Source: Candidatus Latescibacterota bacterium
Lineage (GTDB): Bacteria > Latescibacterota > UBA2968 > GCA-2709665
DNA length: 64,000 bases
Reading direction: 5' to 3'
NCBI GenBank assembly: GCA_965248435.1
Contig: OZ252100.1
Coordinates: 2,944,001-3,008,000 of the forward strand
Of this stretch, positions 48,690 to 58,014 are shown in pieces. Position 1 is the first letter of the stretch. Every line of letters begins with the position of its first letter. Under the pieces are notes generated by a model, which ran no database searches, was not told the origin of the DNA, and saw nothing but the letters and a program-made list of their open reading frames with translations. Position numbers and translations under genes: made by a program.

Positions 48690-49610
48690 TCAAACGCGTT
48701 CGAAGAGAGAATTCAGATTCGCATAGTTGATCCGCATCGCCTCTGCGGGTGAACCGCTTTCGGGTCGGAAGTGTGTCGCGGAAGCCAGGACGACATCGGT
48801 GCCGCTACTCTTCAGATTCTGCAGGATGGTCGGGAAATCAACATCGCCCTCACCGATCGGGCGATACTCGAAGTTCAACTGAAACCCATCGATCACGTGC
48901 AGATCTTTGAGATGAAGCGAGTTCAGATAAGGGCGCACGTTTATGAATCCGGATGTGGCCACATCTTTCTCTCCGCAGTTCATGTTGTCGGCGGGTCCCC
49001 ACATCACTTTGATCCGCCGGGAGTTCAACCGCTCGGCCAGGAGACGAAAATTCCCTGTGGTGTTCGTATAGTTCCACGGCATCATCGATAGTACGACATC
49101 CACGTCGTGCTCCTCTGCCCGATCCAGAACCAGAGAGAACACCTTCACCAGCTTCTCCATATCCACTTCGGCGATCACGCCGCCCCTCGTCAGCCACCGC
49201 ATCGGCCAGGTCGCCTTCTGACCGACATACTCTCCCGGCCAGGCAAAAGTATAGGCCAGTACCGCGCCTACGTTGAGCCGGTTGGCAATTTCCATGGAGC
49301 GGACCAAGCCGTCGAGGTCGGCTCTGAACTCTGCATTGTCGTTCATCGAGTCCAGGCCCAGATCGCTCAGGTGAATCTTCTTAAAAGGACTCCCCGCGGC
49401 GACCATGAACAGTTTCAAATCGTTACGCGCAACCTGCTCGCCGATCTCATCGATTTGATCATCCGACATGGCAGCCAGGTTGGGTTGGTCCTTCAACCTG
49501 TCAAACCAAACATATTCCGCGCCGATCTCTCTGGCCGTACGAAGCCCCTCTTCGAAAGGCATCTGTAATTCATTCAGGAACATACCCAGCTTGAAGCGGA
49601 AGTCTGGCAA
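48690..49610 (-). CDS. Sugar phosphate isomerase/epimerase (TIM barrel)
   Basis: LHLKD, PIGEGDVDFPTIL. AAGGAG SD before TTG. Confidence 0.75.
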   Translation of the reverse strand: MPDFRFKLGMFLNELQMPFEEGLRTAREIGAEYVWFDRLKDQPNLAAMSDDQIDEIGEQVARNDLKLFMVAAGSPFKKIHLSDLGLDSMNDNAEFRADLDGLVRSMEIANRLNVGAVLAYTFAWPGEYVGQKATWPMRWLTRGGVIAEVDMEKLVKVFSLVLDRAEEHDVDVVLSMMPWNYTNTTGNFRLLAERLNSRRIKVMWGPADNMNCGEKDVATSGFINVRPYLNSLHLKDLHVIDGFQLNFEYRPIGEGDVDFPTILQNLKSSGTDVVLASATHFRPESGSPAEAMRINYANLNSLFERV

Positions 49611-49755
49611 GTCGGATCTCCTTTGCAAAAGCCTCAGAAACACTGAACAGCGCTGGAATTTTCGCTTCCCAAAGTACTCAAATGCCTTATCATGTCAAGC
49701 GCTTATGAACACAAACGGATAGCACGGCGATTACCCTCTGATAGGAGTTTTACCC

Positions 49756-50529
49756 ATGAAAATCGTTCGTTATGAGTCGCAAGGCGAGACCGACTATGGC
49801 ATTCTCCAAGAGGACGAGACGGTCCATCGTCTGGCGCGTTCCCCATTCGAAGGCCTCGAAACTGACGGAACAGTCGTCCAGTTGAATCAGGTAAGCGTTC
49901 GTTCACCCCTCGAATCCCCAAGGGTCATCGGTGTGGGGCTCAACTACGCCAAGCACGCGCGTGAGTCGGGGCACGAGCCACCATCCTTTCCGATGCTGTT
50001 CATGAAACCCTCCACCGCGGTCATCGGTCCCGAAGAGCCCATCATCTACCCAACGCAGGGCGAGGAGGTCCACTATGAGTGTGAACTCGCCGTCGTCATC
50101 GGAAAGCCCGCCAGGAGGGTGTCGAAATCGCAGGCTTTGGACTACGTCCTTGGCTATACGTGCGGGAATGATGTGAGCGAACGCACGATTCAATTCGCCG
50201 AAATGAAAACGGGCTGCATGCTCATAGGAAAGGGGTTCGATACGTTCTGTCCACTCGGGCCGTGCATCGCGACCGATCTGGATCCCACGAACCTCGACCT
50301 GTCTACACGCTTGAACGGCGAGACCAGACAAGATGCGAACACCTCGGATCTCATCTTCCCGGTGGCCGATCTGGTCGCCTATATCAGTGAGGCCTTCACC
50401 CTCCTTTCCGGCGATGTGATTATGACGGGAACCCCGGAGGGCATTGGACCGATGAGCCCTGGAGACACCGTGGAAATCGAAGTCGAAGGGGTCGGAACCC
50501 TTCGCAATTCTGTGGTTTCGGAAACCTGA
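49756..50529 (+). CDS. Fumarylacetoacetate hydrolase family protein
   Basis: GLNYAKH, HYECELAVVIG, GNDVSER, GKGFDTFCPLGP, MTGTPEG. Confidence 0.93.
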   Translation: MKIVRYESQGETDYGILQEDETVHRLARSPFEGLETDGTVVQLNQVSVRSPLESPRVIGVGLNYAKHARESGHEPPSFPMLFMKPSTAVIGPEEPIIYPTQGEEVHYECELAVVIGKPARRVSKSQALDYVLGYTCGNDVSERTIQFAEMKTGCMLIGKGFDTFCPLGPCIATDLDPTNLDLSTRLNGETRQDANTSDLIFPVADLVAYISEAFTLLSGDVIMTGTPEGIGPMSPGDTVEIEVEGVGTLRNSVVSET

Positions 50530-50548
50530 CAGCCTTCCCTATTGTGCA

Positions 50549-50582
50549 CAAAAAATCCGTCCGGACCCTATCTCCGGACGGA
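50549..50582. terminator. Terminator hairpin between convergent genes
   Basis: A-tract, then TCCGTCCGGA-N7-TCCGGACGGA. Confidence 0.6.
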
Positions 50583-50615
50583 ACCTTCCCATCACACCGA
50601 AGAATGATACACGCC

Positions 50616-51503
50616 TCAATCCGGTTCTACTCGACCCAGCCCTCCGGGCGGGCGGGATCTTCCAACAAACCCTGCAAGCACGACCATCGTCAGGACGAAG
50701 GGCAGGGCAAGGAAGACTTCGGACGGAATCTCAGTCTTCCATCCTTGTAATCCGTCTGCAACAGCCTCCGCGCCTCCAAAGAAGAGGCAGGCCCCGACTA
50801 CGCCGAGCGGATGCCACTTTCCGAAAACGAGCGCTGCCAGGGCGATGAACCCCCGACCCGCTGTCATTCGCTCCACGAACTGGCTCAGGTCCCCGAGGGC
50901 CAGATGTGCACCCCCAAACCCGGCGAGGATGCCGCTCATCAGGACGCCGAGGACGCGGATTCTTGACGTCCTTAACCCAGCTGCGCGCGCGACCTCAGGC
51001 GACTCGCCGATCGCCCTTGCGCGCAGTCCGGCCGGCGTGTGATAGAGTATATACCAGGCAATCAGAGCGACCAGAAAGGCCAGGGGCACGGTGATCGGTA
51101 GCTGCGCGCCAGGAAAAGGTATCATCTGAAGCTTGGGCGCGAAAGGGCTGCTGCCGTGGGCGCCGAAGTGTTGAAACAACAGGAACCCGGAGCCTCCCAG
51201 GGCCAGCAGGTTGACTGCTGTTCCGCTCACGATCTGGTCGATGCGCAGCCGAAGCGACGCAAACGCGTGCACACCCGCCAGCAAAAGACCGGCTAAGCCA
51301 CCGCAGACCAGCCCGACCCAGGCAGATCCCGTCGCAATCCCCCCGACTGCCGCCCCAAGGGCCCCGAACAACATCATTCCTTCGAGCGCGATGTTGATCA
51401 CGCCCGTCCGCTCAGAGGCCAGCCCCCCGATACCAGCAAGGAGAAGCGGCGCGGTCTTGGCCAGCGTCAACTGCAGCAGCACCCACCCGCTCAGGTCCAT
51501 CAC
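50616..51503 (-). CDS. ABC transporter permease (nucleoside/BMP type)
   Basis: SERTGVINIALEGMML, DQIVSGTAVN, GRGFIALAA.VFGKW. Confidence 0.88.
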   Translation of the reverse strand: MMDLSGWVLLQLTLAKTAPLLLAGIGGLASERTGVINIALEGMMLFGALGAAVGGIATGSAWVGLVCGGLAGLLLAGVHAFASLRLRIDQIVSGTAVNLLALGGSGFLLFQHFGAHGSSPFAPKLQMIPFPGAQLPITVPLAFLVALIAWYILYHTPAGLRARAIGESPEVARAAGLRTSRIRVLGVLMSGILAGFGGAHLALGDLSQFVERMTAGRGFIALAALVFGKWHPLGVVGACLFFGGAEAVADGLQGWKTEIPSEVFLALPFVLTMVVLAGFVGRSRPPGGLGRVEPD

Positions 51504-51967
51504 GCCTCAGCGCCTGCAAGGTGGGCCGAATACGAAACAACCGCGTCTTCCTGCTCAGGAGTCTCGATAGACCCTGGTCGAATCTCCCTTACGAAGCGAA
51601 CTGCCTCAAAAGGGTCACGCCCTCGCTTGACCAGGTAGCAGGCCGCCATCGTTCCCGTCCGACCCATCCCCATCTTGCAGTGGACTGCCACGGGTCGCCC
51701 CGATCCAATCGAAGTCTCGACGAACGCGACGAACCTTTCGATGTCCGTGGGTGTCGGAGGTTCCAGGTCGGGAATAGGCAAGTGCAGAAAGTCGAATCCG
51801 GCAGAGCGCACAGTGAATTCTTCGAGCGGTTCCACGGTGAGCGAAACCACTGCACCCACGCCTTCCGCGTCCAGGAATTGGAGGTCCCGCTCAAGCGCTG
51901 TTTGTCCGGAGCCGGGTTTCGGCATGCCGGCCAACTCCCCCTCGATCACCCAGCTGAATCCATCCAT
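51500..51967 (-). CDS. Dual-specificity protein phosphatase
   Basis: HLPIPD, VHCKMGMGRTG, RPGSIET.EQ. Confidence 0.9.
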   Translation of the reverse strand: MDGFSWVIEGELAGMPKPGSGQTALERDLQFLDAEGVGAVVSLTVEPLEEFTVRSAGFDFLHLPIPDLEPPTPTDIERFVAFVETSIGSGRPVAVHCKMGMGRTGTMAACYLVKRGRDPFEAVRFVREIRPGSIETPEQEDAVVSYSAHLAGAEA

Positions 51968-51975
51968 ACCTACAG

Positions 51976-52428
51976 CTATGCCTCCTGCGATTTCTCTTTT
52001 GACGTAGAAGGGTCTCCCTCGATCCAGGCCTCCCCATCCGTCCACACCTCTTTCTTCCAGATCGGGACCTCCTTCTTCAATCGCTCGATTCCAAAATCGC
52101 AAGCCTCCAGGGCCGCCCTTCGATGGGGGGCTGAAACAGCGATCAGCACACTGATCTCCCCGATTTCCAGCCGCCCCAACCTGTGAAGCATGCCGACGCG
52201 GTTCACGTCCCACCGCCCTTTTATCTGCTCGCCGATCTCCCGCATCTTCTTTTCGGCCATCTCGTTGTATGCGTCATACACCAGATACTGGGTCTTCCGG
52301 TCCAGGGAATGGTCGCGAACCACCCCCGCAAAGGTGGCCACGGCCCCGTCTGACTTGTCCAGCAGGAGCGCGTGCAGCGCGTCCGGTGCGATCGATTCGT
52401 CAACGATCCGGTAAACATCCTCAGCCAT
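51976..52428 (-). CDS. moaE: Molybdopterin synthase catalytic subunit
   Basis: GAVATFAGVVRD, HRLG.L.IGE.SV, APHR, LKKEVPIWKKE. Confidence 0.93.
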   Translation of the reverse strand: MAEDVYRIVDESIAPDALHALLLDKSDGAVATFAGVVRDHSLDRKTQYLVYDAYNEMAEKKMREIGEQIKGRWDVNRVGMLHRLGRLEIGEISVLIAVSAPHRRAALEACDFGIERLKKEVPIWKKEVWTDGEAWIEGDPSTSKEKSQEA

Positions 52429-52527
52429 GTCTGGCATTCCCTGGCCAATTAGAAAGCTTCGCTTCGGACCAATCCATCGCTGCCTTCTTAGCCTCCATCC
52501 ACGATCCACGAACGACGATCAACGGAC

Positions 52528-52776
52528 CTACCGTCCTCCGCTTACAGGTGGAATGAGCGCAATCTCATCCCCATCTTCGAGCGCCCGGTCGCGCGCGACG
52601 TATGCTTGATTGACGGAAACCATCAAGCTCCTTTCCATCTCTCGAAAAGTGGGCGCCTGCGATGAAAGCGCTTCGATCAGGTCGTTCACGGACGCGCCCT
52701 CCGGGAGATCGATCTCCTGCTCCCGCTGACCGAAGATCTCCCGACACGTCGCGAAGTATAAGACCCTGACTTTCAT
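52528..52776 (-). CDS. moaD: Molybdopterin synthase sulfur carrier subunit (ends GG-R)
   Basis: VLYFA, VSVNQAY, GDEIALIPPVSGGR. Confidence 0.9.
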   Translation of the reverse strand: MKVRVLYFATCREIFGQREQEIDLPEGASVNDLIEALSSQAPTFREMERSLMVSVNQAYVARDRALEDGDEIALIPPVSGGR

Positions 52777-52782
52777 GAGAAC

Positions 52783-52865
52783 ATCGTATCTCGTATTTCG
52801 TATTTCGCGTGATACCGAACAAGGCTGGAAACCCCGAGATACGCTTCACGAGGTACGAGATACGG
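52783..52865. repeat. Inverted heptamer repeat cluster (TCGTATC / GATACG)
   Basis: tcgtatctcgtatttcgtatttcg ... cgagatacg..cgaggtacgagatacg. Confidence 0.6.
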
Positions 52866-52883
52866 CCTTTTTAAATCCGCAAT

Positions 52884-53879
52884 TTACTTCACCTTCTTCA
52901 ACCTCGGATTTTCGACGATGCCCGGAACGCGTCCCCGTTTCGCAACGGGCCGACCCTCAACTTCTTTGATATCCGCTGTAAAATCGATCGGAGGCGCGCC
53001 GCTGACCGCGCTGCCAACCCCAAACCCGTCGACCGGGCATCCACGGTCAGCAAACATTCGAATTCGCTCACCGTTCAGGCCGCCACTCACCAGGATCTTG
53101 ACGTGACGATATCCGGCCTGATCCAGCCGTGACCGCACCTCGCGGACCATGTCTGGAGTCACCCCGCCCAGTTCAGAGGGCGTGTCCAGACGCACTCCCC
53201 AAAGTCTGTCTCTCATCGCCTTCGCCACTCTGACGCTTTCATCCGCCTCATCCCTGAACGTGTCCACAAGCACGATCCGATTCACGGATGCCGACATATG
53301 TTTGTCGAACGCCTGCGCGGCTTTCACGGTGTCGCCGAAGACGATGATCATCGCGTGAGGCATCGTGCCTGTCGCCTCCCGGCCGGCAAGGGTGGCGCCG
53401 GCCGCAGTCGCACACCCAGCAAACCCCCCGACGAGTGCGGCATATTCCATCCGGTCTGAAACTGAAGGGTGCACGTGCCTGGCCCCAAAGCTGATCACCG
53501 GAATGCCGTTCGCGGCCTCTACGCACGCCTTAGCGGCCGTTGCCCACCCGCTGGAGTGAGCGAGCGTTCCCAGAAGCGCTGTCTCGTAGATCCCGATTCC
53601 ACTGTAGGATGTCCGCACGCGGAGGACGACCTCTTTCCGCGACATCTCCTGACCTTCGGACAGCGCCCAGATTTCTGCGCCGGAGGACAGCGCCTGGTCC
53701 AGGTAACCCAGAACTTCTGTCATGCCACATAGAAGTCCGTCCCGGCTTGGGAAGACCTCCAGCGTGACTTCTGGATCAAGACCTTCTGCCTTGAGGACCT
53801 GCCGGGCGTTCAAGAAGTAGCAGTCGACCCTTTCTTCTTGAAAGAACGGGCATTCAGACCTGTCGCTGGACTCATCCAT
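52884..53879 (-). CDS. pncB: Nicotinate phosphoribosyltransferase (short, archaeal-like type)
   Basis: SFGARHVHP, GTMPHA, LVDTF, GVRLDTP, ILVSGG, GFGVG. Confidence 0.85.
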   Translation of the reverse strand: MDESSDRSECPFFQEERVDCYFLNARQVLKAEGLDPEVTLEVFPSRDGLLCGMTEVLGYLDQALSSGAEIWALSEGQEMSRKEVVLRVRTSYSGIGIYETALLGTLAHSSGWATAAKACVEAANGIPVISFGARHVHPSVSDRMEYAALVGGFAGCATAAGATLAGREATGTMPHAMIIVFGDTVKAAQAFDKHMSASVNRIVLVDTFRDEADESVRVAKAMRDRLWGVRLDTPSELGGVTPDMVREVRSRLDQAGYRHVKILVSGGLNGERIRMFADRGCPVDGFGVGSAVSGAPPIDFTADIKEVEGRPVAKRGRVPGIVENPRLKKVK

Positions 53880-53913
53880 AGAGGCGGAAATCGAAGACCA
53901 TACAGAATATATG

Positions 53914-53944
53914 AAAAAAGCCGATCTCAACCTCGGGAGTCGGC
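53914..53944 (-). terminator. Terminator-like hairpin after the PHP gene
   Basis: Minus strand GCCGA...TCGGC followed by TTTTTT. Confidence 0.55.
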
Positions 53945-53975
53945 CATCATATTTCCAGATCGCTCGCGGCGCGCC

Positions 53976-54812
53976 TTATTGACCCAGCCGCTTGAGGTGC
54001 ACCTCTCGTATGGCCTCCACGTAAGCACGCGGGACCTCTACCACGCCCATCACGGCCTCTCCCCGACCATCGCCGTGACAGTCAGACCCTCCGCTGGACA
54101 GCAGGCCATACTGGGCCGCAACCTCGGTGTAACGGACAACATCCGCTGGATTATGTTTGGTGTGGCGCACTTCAATCCCGTCCATCCCTTGCTCCACTAG
54201 CCCCGGAATCAGATCATCTCTACCGTAGAGGCCAGGGTGCGCCAAACAGCCAAGCCCGTCCGCGGCGTGAATAATCTCCAGAGCGTCAGCGGGGCTCAAT
54301 GAGTATTTAGACTCGTAGGCCGGACGCGAGTAGCCTAAGTACTTGTGGAAGGCCTCGTTCGCAGAGAAGACGTGCCCTTCTTCCAACAACACATCCGCGA
54401 CGTGGGGTCTGCCCACGGCCCCTCCTCCGGCCTTCCCCAGCACCTGCTCGATCCGAATCTGGATTCCCATCTTGTTCAGCTTACGGATCATCCGCTCGGC
54501 CCGTTGGATTCGTGCATCTCGGTACAACCTGAGACAGTCGATCAACTTGGGGTGATCTACATCGACAAAATAGCCTAGAATGTGGATATCTTTCCCATCC
54601 GCCTGAGCACTCAGTTCCACCCCCGGAACGACCTCCACGCCAAGTCTCGAACCTGCTTCCTGCGCCTCGACCACTCCATCGGTGGAGTCGTGATCCGTCA
54701 GGCTGATCACGGAGAACCCAACCTTCCCAGCACGCGAGACCACTTCTTCCGGCAATGAGGTCCCGTCAGAACAGGTGGAGTGAAGGTGAAGGTCGATCAA
54801 TCCGTTTTTCAT
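53976..54812 (-). CDS. PHP domain phosphoesterase (TrpH/YciV-like)
   Basis: DLHLHSTCSDG, LTDHD, GRPHVA, LAHP, GGSDCHG. Confidence 0.9.
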   Translation of the reverse strand: MKNGLIDLHLHSTCSDGTSLPEEVVSRAGKVGFSVISLTDHDSTDGVVEAQEAGSRLGVEVVPGVELSAQADGKDIHILGYFVDVDHPKLIDCLRLYRDARIQRAERMIRKLNKMGIQIRIEQVLGKAGGGAVGRPHVADVLLEEGHVFSANEAFHKYLGYSRPAYESKYSLSPADALEIIHAADGLGCLAHPGLYGRDDLIPGLVEQGMDGIEVRHTKHNPADVVRYTEVAAQYGLLSSGGSDCHGDGRGEAVMGVVEVPRAYVEAIREVHLKRLGQ

Positions 54813-54828
54813 GGGGTTCGGCAAACCT

Positions 54829-55401
54829 CTAAGACTCTTGATCTCCGCCGACCACGGCCTCTTCCGGCACGTAGGCAGGTTCGGGCGTCTGGCGACTCCC
54901 TTCCCGCTTCAAACGACGCAGCTGCCCACGCAGCAGGTTTCGCTTCACTGCGCCAAAATGATCGATCACCATAACACCGTCAAGGTGATCGATCTCGTGC
55001 TGGGTCACTCGGGCGAACATTCCGTTCAGCTCCATCTCGAGTGTCTGCCCGTCTCGATCCAACGCCTTCAGGCGCACCTGAGTCGCCCGCTTCACGTCAC
55101 CGAGAACTCCGGGCAAACTCAAGCAGCCCTCTTCCCTTGCTTCTTCACCGGCAGACCAGATCAGTTCCGGATTGATGAGCGAAACGGGCTGAACGTTCGG
55201 TTCTTGACGGCTAACGTCCACCACGATCACGCGCTTACTCACACCGATCTGTGGCGCGGCGAGCCCAATCCCTTCGGCCGCGTACATCGTGTCGAACATG
55301 TCGTCAACAAGGCGTTGAACCTCTTCGGTGACGGTTTCGATCTCCGGAGCCTTCTGCCTCAACACCGGACATCCGAATTTCTTGATCTCTAGAAAAGCCA
55401 T
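54829..55401 (-). CDS. def: Peptide deformylase
   Basis: GIGLAAPQIG, EGCLS, QHEIDHLDG. Confidence 0.96.
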   Translation of the reverse strand: MAFLEIKKFGCPVLRQKAPEIETVTEEVQRLVDDMFDTMYAAEGIGLAAPQIGVSKRVIVVDVSRQEPNVQPVSLINPELIWSAGEEAREEGCLSLPGVLGDVKRATQVRLKALDRDGQTLEMELNGMFARVTQHEIDHLDGVMVIDHFGAVKRNLLRGQLRRLKREGSRQTPEPAYVPEEAVVGGDQES

Positions 55402-55433
55402 ACTTATATGCGATTTCGATGTTGAATACTGTT

Positions 55434-56270
55434 CTACTTTTGGTTGATGCGCAGGAGGGCTTCGTTCAAGCTTCCACTTCGGTAGCCCTGCAAGTCCAGA
55501 GAAACGTAGTGAAATCCGATCTGTTTCAGCCCCTCGGCCACCTTCAAATGAAGCCCATCCTCAAAGAATCGAGGCATCTCTTCGGGAGGGACTTCGATCC
55601 GGGCCACCTCCTGGTGGTATCGAACCCGTACCTGACGGAATCCCAGTTTCTTTAAAAAGGACTCGGCTTGATCCACGATGTTCAGTGCCTCCACGGTTAC
55701 CTCCGTCCCATACGGAATCCGCGACGAGAGGCAGGCCGAAGCAGGTTCATCCCAGGTCGAAAGTCCCCAGCGTTTTGAAAGGAACCGAACCTCATCCTTG
55801 CTCATCCCGGCCTCGATGATCGGCGCTCGAATTCCGCGTTCATCTGCGGCCCTCATCCCGGGCCGAAAATCGCCGATATCATCCACCACGGCGCCGTAGA
55901 CGAGGTTGGAAAACGCCCCCTCGTGCCTCCGGACAACCTCACCCAACTGATCGGCCAACGCAGTTTTGCAGTAGTAGCACCGGTCAGGCGCGTTTCGCAC
56001 GTAGTTGGGATCCTCGAGTTCGTCCGTTTCAACCACCTCGTGCCGAATACCGATCTGACTCGCCAGGTCCCCTGCGCGCTCCAATTCGCCTTCTGCATAA
56101 CTCGCGGAAACCGCCGTAACCGCCAGCGCCCAGTCGCCTAACACGCGATGTGCCGCCGCCGCGAGGAAGGTGCTGTCCACACCTCCAGAAAACGCGACGA
56201 TCACACTTCCCATCTCGGTCAGGATGCCGTTGAGGCGATCCAGCTTTTCATTCACTCCGGCTTCATCCAT
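55434..56270 (-). CDS. larE: LarE-family ATP-dependent sulfur transferase
   Basis: AFSGGVDS, RCYYCK, DFRPG, SACLSSRIPYG, QVRVR, GYRSGSLN. Confidence 0.88.
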   Translation of the reverse strand: MDEAGVNEKLDRLNGILTEMGSVIVAFSGGVDSTFLAAAAHRVLGDWALAVTAVSASYAEGELERAGDLASQIGIRHEVVETDELEDPNYVRNAPDRCYYCKTALADQLGEVVRRHEGAFSNLVYGAVVDDIGDFRPGMRAADERGIRAPIIEAGMSKDEVRFLSKRWGLSTWDEPASACLSSRIPYGTEVTVEALNIVDQAESFLKKLGFRQVRVRYHQEVARIEVPPEEMPRFFEDGLHLKVAEGLKQIGFHYVSLDLQGYRSGSLNEALLRINQK

Positions 56271-56324
56271 CTCCACCTTGACACTTGATCCAATGCTTTT
56301 TGTCACGCTAGAAGCTCCGCGATT

Positions 56325-56410
56325 CTGGAGTATTGCAGTAGTGGAGTGGTGGAGTATTGCAAAACCTGCCCTTCCATTCCTCCAACACTCCATTCCCCCA
56401 TCACTCCAGC
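56325..56410. repeat. Inverted octamer repeat cluster (GGAGTATT / ACTCCA)
   Basis: ggagtattgcagtagtggagtggtggagtattg ... cattcctccaacactccattcccccatcactccag. Confidence 0.6.
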
Positions 56411-56435
56411 CATTGCCATTACTTTTGACTGACGT

Positions 56436-57863
56436 TTACTTGACGCCGCACGGGACCACCACCGCGTCTACCATCCCGTGAAGGACCTTCTTGTCGGACG
56501 GACATATTGTGGCATGAATACCAGACAGGACGGGCTCGTCACCGATCACAAAATAGTAAGGACAAAACCGTGCCCGCCCGGACATCGGATTCATGCTGTC
56601 TGAATAAAAATCGTAATAGTTCACAGAGAACTTGGCCCCGGTATGAAACTCTTGAAGGACGTGGGGCGTAGAGGGGAAGGCGTCCAGGGCGGAGTCGAGC
56701 GCGCCGCGCCAATCTTCTTCAGACATATCGTGTCCCACCTGCACGCCGCGGCTCCCCCACGCCTTCTCGGAAAACCCGGATGGCTTCACGACAAACTTTC
56801 GCCATCTCTGACCCAGCGCCCCGAGTGAGCGCCAGTCTGAGACGCTCTCGCCGTCTACCTCGAGACCTGGAATCACCCCGTGGGGCGGCATGGGCCTGGG
56901 GTCCAGAACCCAGCTTTTCGGAAAAGTCCCCATCAAATAGTCGAAGGCCTCGCCACCCAACTCCCGATTCCAGAACTTGCGGAGAAGAGGATGGTGGAAG
57001 AGGGCCATGAGCATCTTCTCCTCCAGATGACCCTTCAGAGGAGGCGTGATCTTTACGAGACCCTTTCGGACTGCGTACAGGATCAAATCCATCTTTGGAA
57101 TGTTCTTGAGGTCGAACAGCTCGAAAAACCGGTAGAGGACGTCGACCTGTTTCTTACCCCGTCCATCTTCAACGAACAGCCCGGCCTCGCTGAAGAGGAG
57201 CGCGCCGGGCTCTACGACAGCGGTCTCGAGGCCCGCCTCACTCAGGGCTTCGCCGAGCGAGGTCATCTCAGGGCGCCAGGCTGAAGACTCTTCCGAGATG
57301 ACGATTGCAAGAACAGGGTCATCCCTTCCAGCGAGCGAGCGGATCATTCTGATGAACCCGGTCACCATTCCCTCTGCTCCGCCCACGATCTCCTCACCCA
57401 GACTGCCATACCGCCCAGCAAGACTTGCCGTAAAGCCGATTCCTCCGGGTACCGAATCCAGTTCAGTGACGATATGGCCTTCCTTCGTGGGGATGACATC
57501 TGGACGAATGACGCAGGGCAAGTGGGTTTTGAAGCGATTCATCCTTCCGTATGCCACCACGTCCTCGGGTTTACCCTGATCGAGGTATTCGGCGACCCAC
57601 CCGGGTTGTATACCCCGCACGCTCTGCGAGTAGAGCAGGTTACACGTCTGATAGAACCGGTAGACGTGCCGTCCGAGGGTCTCGTAACGCCTGACGATCT
57701 CCTTTGGCATCCAGAAAGGCTCAGGAGAGACGCGCCAGCTGCTGTTCGACTTCGGATGCACAGCACGCTGAACGTCGGTGTAAAGTCCTCCTTGAGGAGT
57801 CAACCCATCGATGTAGAGACACCGTTCCCGTGCGTCCATCTCTTCGATCGGTTTTTCCGTCAC
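56436..57863 (-). CDS. Uncharacterised ATP-grasp / glutathionylspermidine-synthase-like ligase
   Basis: IRPDVI, ELDSVPGGIG, YRFFELFDL, VVKPSGFS..AWGSRG, LQEF. Confidence 0.6.
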   Translation of the reverse strand: MTEKPIEEMDARERCLYIDGLTPQGGLYTDVQRAVHPKSNSSWRVSPEPFWMPKEIVRRYETLGRHVYRFYQTCNLLYSQSVRGIQPGWVAEYLDQGKPEDVVAYGRMNRFKTHLPCVIRPDVIPTKEGHIVTELDSVPGGIGFTASLAGRYGSLGEEIVGGAEGMVTGFIRMIRSLAGRDDPVLAIVISEESSAWRPEMTSLGEALSEAGLETAVVEPGALLFSEAGLFVEDGRGKKQVDVLYRFFELFDLKNIPKMDLILYAVRKGLVKITPPLKGHLEEKMLMALFHHPLLRKFWNRELGGEAFDYLMGTFPKSWVLDPRPMPPHGVIPGLEVDGESVSDWRSLGALGQRWRKFVVKPSGFSEKAWGSRGVQVGHDMSEEDWRGALDSALDAFPSTPHVLQEFHTGAKFSVNYYDFYSDSMNPMSGRARFCPYYFVIGDEPVLSGIHATICPSDKKVLHGMVDAVVVPCGVK

Positions 57864-57980
57864 GCACGCTCCCATCAATCCAAGACCTCACGCAAACCAG
57901 ATCCCTCCCTGCTCTGACCCCCAAACACAAAGAACAGGGACACATTCCCTGTTCCTTCAAATCAATGACTCTGTGAGATG

Positions 57981-58002
57981 AAAGAGGGTGCCACCCTCTT
58001 TT
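57981..58002. terminator. Terminator hairpin
   Basis: AAAGAGGGTG/CACCCTCTTT. Confidence 0.55.
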
Positions 58003-58014
58003 CCCTACCTCTCT

